In this document: positions 58,403 to 64,000 of the stretch, piece by piece
Layout: every line of letters starts with the position of its first letter
Numbering within the stretch: the stretch's first letter is position 1
Origin: Candidatus Thorarchaeota archaeon
GTDB taxonomy: Archaea > Asgardarchaeota > Thorarchaeia > Thorarchaeales > Thorarchaeaceae
Assembly (NCBI GenBank): GCA_048882045.1
Contig: JBHLRZ010000003.1
Span: 96,001 to 160,000, forward strand
DNA length: 64,000 nucleotides
Direction of reading: 5' to 3'
The notes under the pieces: model-generated
Told to the model about the DNA's origin: nothing
What the model saw: only the letters and a program-made list of their open reading frames with translations
Databases searched by the model: none
Made by a program: the position numbers and the translations under genes

Positions 58403-59511
58403 GACTCCTCTGTTACAAACACTCGTAAGGAAGCCAAAAGAGAAGTTAGATGAATGAATGCGTTCTTGCCCTGGAGAAGACGATAGTCAATCTCCGCAAC
58501 CCTATCAATCACAGCAGTCATTATTTCTGGTTCAAATGGACGCTTCACCAAATCGCGCTCGATTTCTAGACAGACCTCTTGGGGGGAGTATCCTTCAATT
58601 GCTAGAAGATTCCGTAAGGTCTTTCGAGCTGGCCCATATTGACCATCCAGCGATAAGGTCACAATTTTCCTGACCCGATTTACAAGCTGAGTTTCAGAGT
58701 ACTTATAGACAACATCCTCGGTTACTGATGGACTTGCAGTGTGAGCAATCTGTAGAAGGCTGATTGCACGACGTAGGTCACCATTTGACTCACGAGCAAT
58801 GGCAGTGATTGCTGCATCATCAACCTCCACCTTCTCCTTTGATGCAATCTCTCTGATAAGATCTTGAGTAGTTTCTAGAGAGGATGCAGGGAATCTCAGA
58901 ACCAGTGACCTTGAGAGAATTGCTGGACTCCATCCAGTCAATGTTGGAGTGATTAGGATGAACCTGCATGCATCACTGTACATTTCCATTGTACGTCGAA
59001 GTCCCTGTTGCATACTGTATGTAAGAGCATCAGCCTCATCCAGTACTAGGATTTTGATCTTGTCATCAAGGACAGTACCTGTTGAGGCGAAGAACCTGAT
59101 GGATTCCTGAAGAAGCTGACTGCGCGTTGGTTCCCCAGAACGACCTCTCAGTTTTCGTGCAGCCTTTGCTTCTCTATACACTACTGACATGTATTCATCG
59201 AGTTCTGAGCGTTCTTCTCGACCAAGCTTTGCCAAATCTTGGACAGACCTTTTGGCTTTAGTTGCAGGAACATCCCAGACATCGCGAATATTGAGCATCT
59301 TGTAGTTGGCGCTAAAACTGTCAGTGAGAATCTTTCGTGAGAAGATCTCTGCAGCTGCTGTCTTGCCTGTGCCGGATGGGCCATAAAAGATCATATTGGT
59401 GTACACACTGGACTCTGCCAAGGACTTTAGCTGATTGATGGTACTCTCTTTCCCAACGAAGTCATCCCATTCCTTGGGTCGATACTTGACACACCAGAGG
59501 GCCGGTTCCAA
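58399..59511 (-). CDS. replication factor C small subunit-like AAA+ ATPase with insertion
   Basis: WCVKYRP, GPSGTGKT, LDEAD, QQGLRRTME, GDLRRAI. Confidence 0.88.
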   Translation of the reverse strand: MEPALWCVKYRPKEWDDFVGKESTINQLKSLAESSVYTNMIFYGPSGTGKTAAAEIFSRKILTDSFSANYKMLNIRDVWDVPATKAKRSVQDLAKLGREERSELDEYMSVVYREAKAARKLRGRSGEPTRSQLLQESIRFFASTGTVLDDKIKILVLDEADALTYSMQQGLRRTMEMYSDACRFILITPTLTGWSPAILSRSLVLRFPASSLETTQDLIREIASKEKVEVDDAAITAIARESNGDLRRAISLLQIAHTASPSVTEDVVYKYSETQLVNRVRKIVTLSLDGQYGPARKTLRNLLAIEGYSPQEVCLEIERDLVKRPFEPEIMTAVIDRVAEIDYRLLQGKNAFIHLTSLLASLRVFVTEES

Positions 59512-59693
59512 TCTGTCACACCTACCCTCGACTCATCTCAAGTATACATAAGCTTGTTTCTTTTCCAGAAAACCTATGTAGATGTAATTCACAACGTACC
59601 CGATTTGAGATGATGACAGAACCAAAAGTTACTTAATTACTCAAAAGCTGGGCGCTTGTTTGCAAATCTCAAATCTACGGTCTGGGAAACAGA

Positions 59694-61421
59694 ATGGCGA
59701 AAGAAACACTGGAGAAAGAACTTGAACACATCCTACGAGAGGATCTACTCATTGCCTGTCAGAAATGGGGAATCGACATTACTGGCAAAGACAGTGGTGC
59801 GTCTCTTATCAAGATGCTCGCAGAGAGGATGAAGGACCCTGAGGTACGTGAGGAAATCTTTGCCACATTTACCCCCCTAGAAAGAGACCTCCTCGGTGTT
59901 CTTACACTTAGTGGAGGTGCGATGAGCTACGACAGACTCAAGCCATTCAGGAAAATCTATAGCTATGGTCAATTGAATCAGACTGAAAGAGACCTACGAA
60001 AGAAAGGAATCATCATTCGAAGGATGATGTCGAGACTCACTGAGTTTGGGAGGGAGGTAGCGGAGTTCAAAATTTTGGAGTACTTCATTCCGCATCTCAG
60101 GAGTCTTTTTTCATCTAAGCCTGAACCCAAACCAGAAAAACCACAAAAGGTCAAGAACATTGTAGATGAGAGAGATAGTTTACTCATTGACATGCTACAA
60201 CTGGTATCCTACATTGCCAAGAACGAAGTTCACATGACTAGTTCTTGGGAGTTCCCGAAAAGAGAGATAGACCACATAAAGCAGGCAATGTCAAAGACTA
60301 CAGATGACCGATTTGAACTTGTTCAGAAACTAGCTCGCAAAGTCGGAGCCTACACAATTGGCGAGAACGATAGAGTGATGCCAGCCAATGTGAACGCACT
60401 TTTTGCAGGGCACCACTTCCATGTAGCAAGACGACTGTTGAAATCACAGCTAGGACGAACACGAGCAATCTGGGCTACCCCAGACCAACCAACTGAATAC
60501 ACACTAAACCTCGCGATATGTAGACTAAGAGAGTCCACAACTGAAGAGTGGATCAGTATTGAGGAGTTACGAGATTGGATACGGAGCGAGTTATTCATTG
60601 ACAATCAGCAGTTGAAATGGATCCAGGTGGATGATGAGAGGGTACAGCTATCCTTGGAAACCCCAATCCTCTTGGGCATCGTCGAGGCTGCGTATAGGGG
60701 GAAGAAACTACTAGGTGTCCGACTCACTGATGTTGGAGCTGATGTGTTGAAAGGCAAATCAGACTCTGGAACAAAGGGAAATGGAGAGAGTTTCTTTGTA
60801 CTACCCAATTTTGAATTGACAGTCTTTACAAGCGAGATGGAGTTTCAGAACCTCTATCGTTTGATGCTCATCACAGAACCTGTACGCACTGATGTAGTTA
60901 GCACTTTCAAGCTCTCTGATACCTCTGTGTTTCAAGCGATCGAGATTGGCCTTCGTGAGGACGACATCCTTGGGTTCCTTGAGAAGGAGAGTAGTAAACC
61001 AATTCCAAGGAATGTTGTCAGATCAATTACTGACTGGACCTCACAGACTACGTTTACTACTATTGAAGATGTTACACTCTTTGAAACAGAGAACGAGAAG
61101 GATATGGAAAAGCTGATGCTCATACCTGAATTTACTAAGTCAATTGTAAGAAAGATAGGGCCTACAGCAGTAGTTGTGTCTGGGGACATGGAGAAGTTCA
61201 GTGACAGTCTTCGAAAACACAAGTGTATGGTCAAACGGAAGGAACAAAGTGTAGAATCCGAACGCATACCTGGTAGTTCTGTAGCTGAACATTTCCTTCT
61301 CTATAGCGAAGAACAGACTGTGGAAGATGTCCCTGAACCTTGTGAAGACTGTCCTGCAGTACAGTCTTGTAATAAGATGATCCGAAGGAAAGGTCGAGTT
61401 CAGAGAAGTGTAACAAGCTGA
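59694..61421 (+). CDS. Helicase_C_3 (XPB-NTD/p52 clutch-like) domain protein, probable XPB partner
   Basis: C-terminal FFVLPNFEL...FKLSDTSVFQAIEIGL..ILGFLEKESSKPIPRNV..ITDW aligns with the XPB N-terminus. Confidence 0.8.
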   Translation: MAKETLEKELEHILREDLLIACQKWGIDITGKDSGASLIKMLAERMKDPEVREEIFATFTPLERDLLGVLTLSGGAMSYDRLKPFRKIYSYGQLNQTERDLRKKGIIIRRMMSRLTEFGREVAEFKILEYFIPHLRSLFSSKPEPKPEKPQKVKNIVDERDSLLIDMLQLVSYIAKNEVHMTSSWEFPKREIDHIKQAMSKTTDDRFELVQKLARKVGAYTIGENDRVMPANVNALFAGHHFHVARRLLKSQLGRTRAIWATPDQPTEYTLNLAICRLRESTTEEWISIEELRDWIRSELFIDNQQLKWIQVDDERVQLSLETPILLGIVEAAYRGKKLLGVRLTDVGADVLKGKSDSGTKGNGESFFVLPNFELTVFTSEMEFQNLYRLMLITEPVRTDVVSTFKLSDTSVFQAIEIGLREDDILGFLEKESSKPIPRNVVRSITDWTSQTTFTTIEDVTLFETENEKDMEKLMLIPEFTKSIVRKIGPTAVVVSGDMEKFSDSLRKHKCMVKRKEQSVESERIPGSSVAEHFLLYSEEQTVEDVPEPCEDCPAVQSCNKMIRRKGRVQRSVTS

Positions 61422-61519
61422 GAGGATTTAGGCCTGGATAAGTTGCAGGAAATTTCATTGAGTGGGTGGTCTCGATGAGCCTGAGATGGCTCTTCATTAC
61501 ACCTGTTCATTTTTCACCG

Positions 61520-62374
61520 TTATCCAACCAGCAATGGGAACAGACGCGGTGGAATATGTGGTGGAATGAATCCTGGAAAGAAGATATTCATCAATGGGAA
61601 GAAAGGCGAGAAAAGCACGGTCACAAGTAGTAAAATCGCAAATGACAACGTGTGGGTTGCAGTGACATACGTATAGTAAGGTCGTATGTAAGAGTAGAAG
61701 GCAAAGGCTGGAATCGACAAGGCCACCATAGCCATAATCTCTACTGGATTAAAGAAGAATGGCATGGAGATCGGCCATAGGAAGTAGAACAGCCCTGTGA
61801 TCTTCTCACTTGAGGTTTCATGGTGGGCAATCTTGTGTATACCATCTACTCCCTGAGATAGGAAGAAGACTGGAATCAACAGCCACCACTGGAGACCAAC
61901 GAAGAACATTGGTCCAGCATAGAATAGAAGATCGCCAATGCTCTCGACTCTCTCCCAGAATGGATTCCTGCTAACGAACTCAGTCATCTCTGTCATATAG
62001 TAGCCTAGCATCTGGAAGGCTACCAGAACCGGAAGTAGAAAGAACGAGATGATGATCATAATCGTAGCAGCTCGTGGTAACCTGAGGATTTTACCTTCAT
62101 GGTAATTGTCCAAAGGATAGATTCCATGTAGTGTGAAGGCTGTCAGTAACACAAGTAATCCACTTGGAAGAAAGTATAGAGGTTGAAAAAGATACATCCA
62201 GACTCCAAATACTTCGTAGACGTTGCCATTGAGCATACTGAAAGAGGGATTGAGAATAGGTATGAAGTACCAGACACCGAACACTACGAGTAGTTCAGGA
62301 ATCAGCATTTTCATGCGATAGTCTTGAATGAACTTCATGAACAAACCAGGTTCTTTGGACTGTTCTTCCATCAT
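61520..62374 (-). CDS. multi-pass membrane protein
   Basis: about 7 hydrophobic segments; GAGGTGA RBS. Confidence 0.75.
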   Translation of the reverse strand: MMEEQSKEPGLFMKFIQDYRMKMLIPELLVVFGVWYFIPILNPSFSMLNGNVYEVFGVWMYLFQPLYFLPSGLLVLLTAFTLHGIYPLDNYHEGKILRLPRAATIMIIISFFLLPVLVAFQMLGYYMTEMTEFVSRNPFWERVESIGDLLFYAGPMFFVGLQWWLLIPVFFLSQGVDGIHKIAHHETSSEKITGLFYFLWPISMPFFFNPVEIMAMVALSIPAFAFYSYIRPYYTYVTATHTLSFAILLLVTVLFSPFFPLMNIFFPGFIPPHIPPRLFPLLVG

Positions 62375-62386
62375 TTCACCTCAAAG

Positions 62387-62686
62387 TCAGTCGAAGGTAG
62401 GTTTCCGTGTGGCAACATCTTCATCTTCCTCACGCAGTTTATGCTGGAAAGGTCGTCCCTGACCATAGATTTGTGGGTCCATTCCCTTTGTCCTGTTCAT
62501 GATTGTATAGAAACCACCAATCTGAATTGCGAGTGAAATAAGGGAAATCACAAAAACATCAGGAAAGTACTCGTGAACTGAGAAGAATGGGAGTTGTAGA
62601 ACCCAAACCAGTGGATATAGAATCACTTGTACAATGATTCCAAAGAGAAGCATCAACACCCATTTGTCTGTCCAGTTCGATGTCAT
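62387..62686 (-). CDS. two-TM membrane protein
   Basis: two hydrophobic helices plus a charged tail. Confidence 0.7.
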   Translation of the reverse strand: MTSNWTDKWVLMLLFGIIVQVILYPLVWVLQLPFFSVHEYFPDVFVISLISLAIQIGGFYTIMNRTKGMDPQIYGQGRPFQHKLREEDEDVATRKPTFD

Positions 62687-62757
62687 TGTCCTATAATCCC
62701 GTCGCGTGCGTATGATTGGTTCGCGATTGAGGGACTAATTAAAGGTGTCTGTTGGGT

Positions 62758-63717
62758 CTATAGAGGATTATAGGTGTCAGCTAGTTCTCCAGCCAAAACT
62801 GCAGCCAGCTCTCTGAAGTCTCTGGTCGAAATGCTTGGAACACTGCTCGTTCGCTTTGGAATATCAAAACGAGCAACTATAACAATAACATCATCATCCA
62901 TTGAATACTCGAAGAGTGCTGGATATCTCGTGTGAATTCTATACCTCTCTTCCCTCGGGGCGATGGTTCCTCCCTTATAGATTGTACCAACCAAGTAGGG
63001 ATAAGCAAATCCAGAGTGTGACACTTGCACCTTCATCTGGACAGTTTCAGGAAGCCCTTGTACGTACGCCTTAATCTCAGCATCGAGAATGGTCTGAACA
63101 CCTTCACGAATCCCTAGCTCGACATTCATACCTGCGCGAATGCCAGTAACTCCAGACATTGCCCTAGCGAACTCATATGTATCACCCATCACAGGAGCCT
63201 TGAAGAATTCCTGTGCATCTATCTTGGGAATTCGAAATCCAAATACGAATCCAGTGACAGCAACAATTGCATAGAGGACAGTTATCAGAATGACTGAATC
63301 GACGAACGGATTGAAAAGAAGGATATTGAATTCAGGTAGAAGCAGCATTGCAAACCCGAGACTCACAACGATGAGCATTGAACAGCAAGAGCTGCACCAA
63401 TCACCTGGATGAGCGTATAAGTCCCCATATGATTCTTCATACTTCTCAATCATATCTTCATACTCTGCAAAGGTGACCCAGGTTTTCTTCTTCTCCCATT
63501 TTCCAGGAATATAGTCAATCGCTCTCTTTGATCCAGCTCCCATCCCGAATGATATAATGAAGAGTATGAGTGGCAATCCAATGTAGATCAAAATCTGATA
63601 GGATGGATAAAGGTAGTTGAATACAATAGCAGCAATTGCGGTTACGAATGCAATGACTGCAAATGCTTTGTTAACATTTCCTTGGCGACTATAATCAATA
63701 ATCTTCGGTTCGGTCAA
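62758..63717 (-). CDS. four-TM membrane protein with soluble C-terminal domain
   Basis: GGAGG RBS; CSSCCS cluster before TM3. Confidence 0.75.
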   Translation of the reverse strand: MTEPKIIDYSRQGNVNKAFAVIAFVTAIAAIVFNYLYPSYQILIYIGLPLILFIISFGMGAGSKRAIDYIPGKWEKKKTWVTFAEYEDMIEKYEESYGDLYAHPGDWCSSCCSMLIVVSLGFAMLLLPEFNILLFNPFVDSVILITVLYAIVAVTGFVFGFRIPKIDAQEFFKAPVMGDTYEFARAMSGVTGIRAGMNVELGIREGVQTILDAEIKAYVQGLPETVQMKVQVSHSGFAYPYLVGTIYKGGTIAPREERYRIHTRYPALFEYSMDDDVIVIVARFDIPKRTSSVPSISTRDFRELAAVLAGELADTYNPL

Positions 63718-63763
63718 GCCAATCCATCCTCCGACTCTTGGAAGACACGGGATGAAATAAGGT

Positions 63764-64000
63764 CTACGCTGGAGTTCTGAAACGGTTCAGATAACTCTCA
63801 ACTTCTTCCAGGACGTCCGCGAGGAGCTCTTGTTCTCCCTTTGCATTGATGTATGCAAGTAGAATCTTCTTGACAATCCCCGCTATAAAGTAGGATGTTA
63901 GCTGTTGCAGAGACCCCTCAGCCACGATCGATTCCTCACCATCACCCAATTGTAGGTATGCTACAAATTTGCACAAATCTCCTGTTTCTCCTAGCTCAAA
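63764..64000 (-). CDS. hypothetical protein, 5' end beyond the window
   Basis: frame remains open to the window edge. Confidence 0.55.
   Translation of the reverse strand, partial: FELGETGDLCKFVAYLQLGDGEESIVAEGSLQQLTSYFIAGIVKKILLAYINAKGEQELLADVLEEVESYLNRFRTPA

Noticed and set aside
1-64000. tRNA, rRNA, SRP or RNase P RNA, selenoproteins, transposases or integrases
   Set aside because: No diagnostic motifs were recognised by eye. A covariance-model scan would be needed to exclude them fully.

Overview
A gene-dense archaeal window, most likely from an Asgard archaeon such as Thorarchaeota. This is inferred from the TPR-longin protein, aGPBP GTPase, several large membrane-anchored subtilases, archaeal CitG, TFS and RFC homologues, and a bacterial-type grpE-dnaK-dnaJ operon. 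It holds about 55 CDS. I saw no rRNA, tRNA, CRISPR array or mobile element. Housekeeping content includes the chaperone operon, sirtuin, glyoxylate reductase, nitroreductase, Ogt, serC with DUF1015, a ClC transporter, USP, tandem RIO kinases, XPB and an RFC-like ATPase. The top candidate for a new system lies at 43.5-51.3 kb. There, a radical SAM/SPASM enzyme with an N-terminal PqqD/RRE-like domain is divergent from an operon encoding a small unknown protein, a single-pass membrane protein with a cytoplasmic 49-aa tail of (CHSA)n repeats (11 Cys, 9 His), an HExxH metallopeptidase and a small membrane protein. This looks like RiPP-type chemistry aimed at a core peptide tethered to a membrane protein. 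Other highlights are a subtilase with site-1 protease (SKI-1/S1P)-like architecture, an XPB paired with a p52/Tfb2-clutch-like protein, a CTL/SLC44-like transporter, a sirtuin with Arg in place of the catalytic His, a TFS paralogue lacking its catalytic ribbon, and several structured intergenic leaders. All family calls come from motifs read by eye. No database searches were run.
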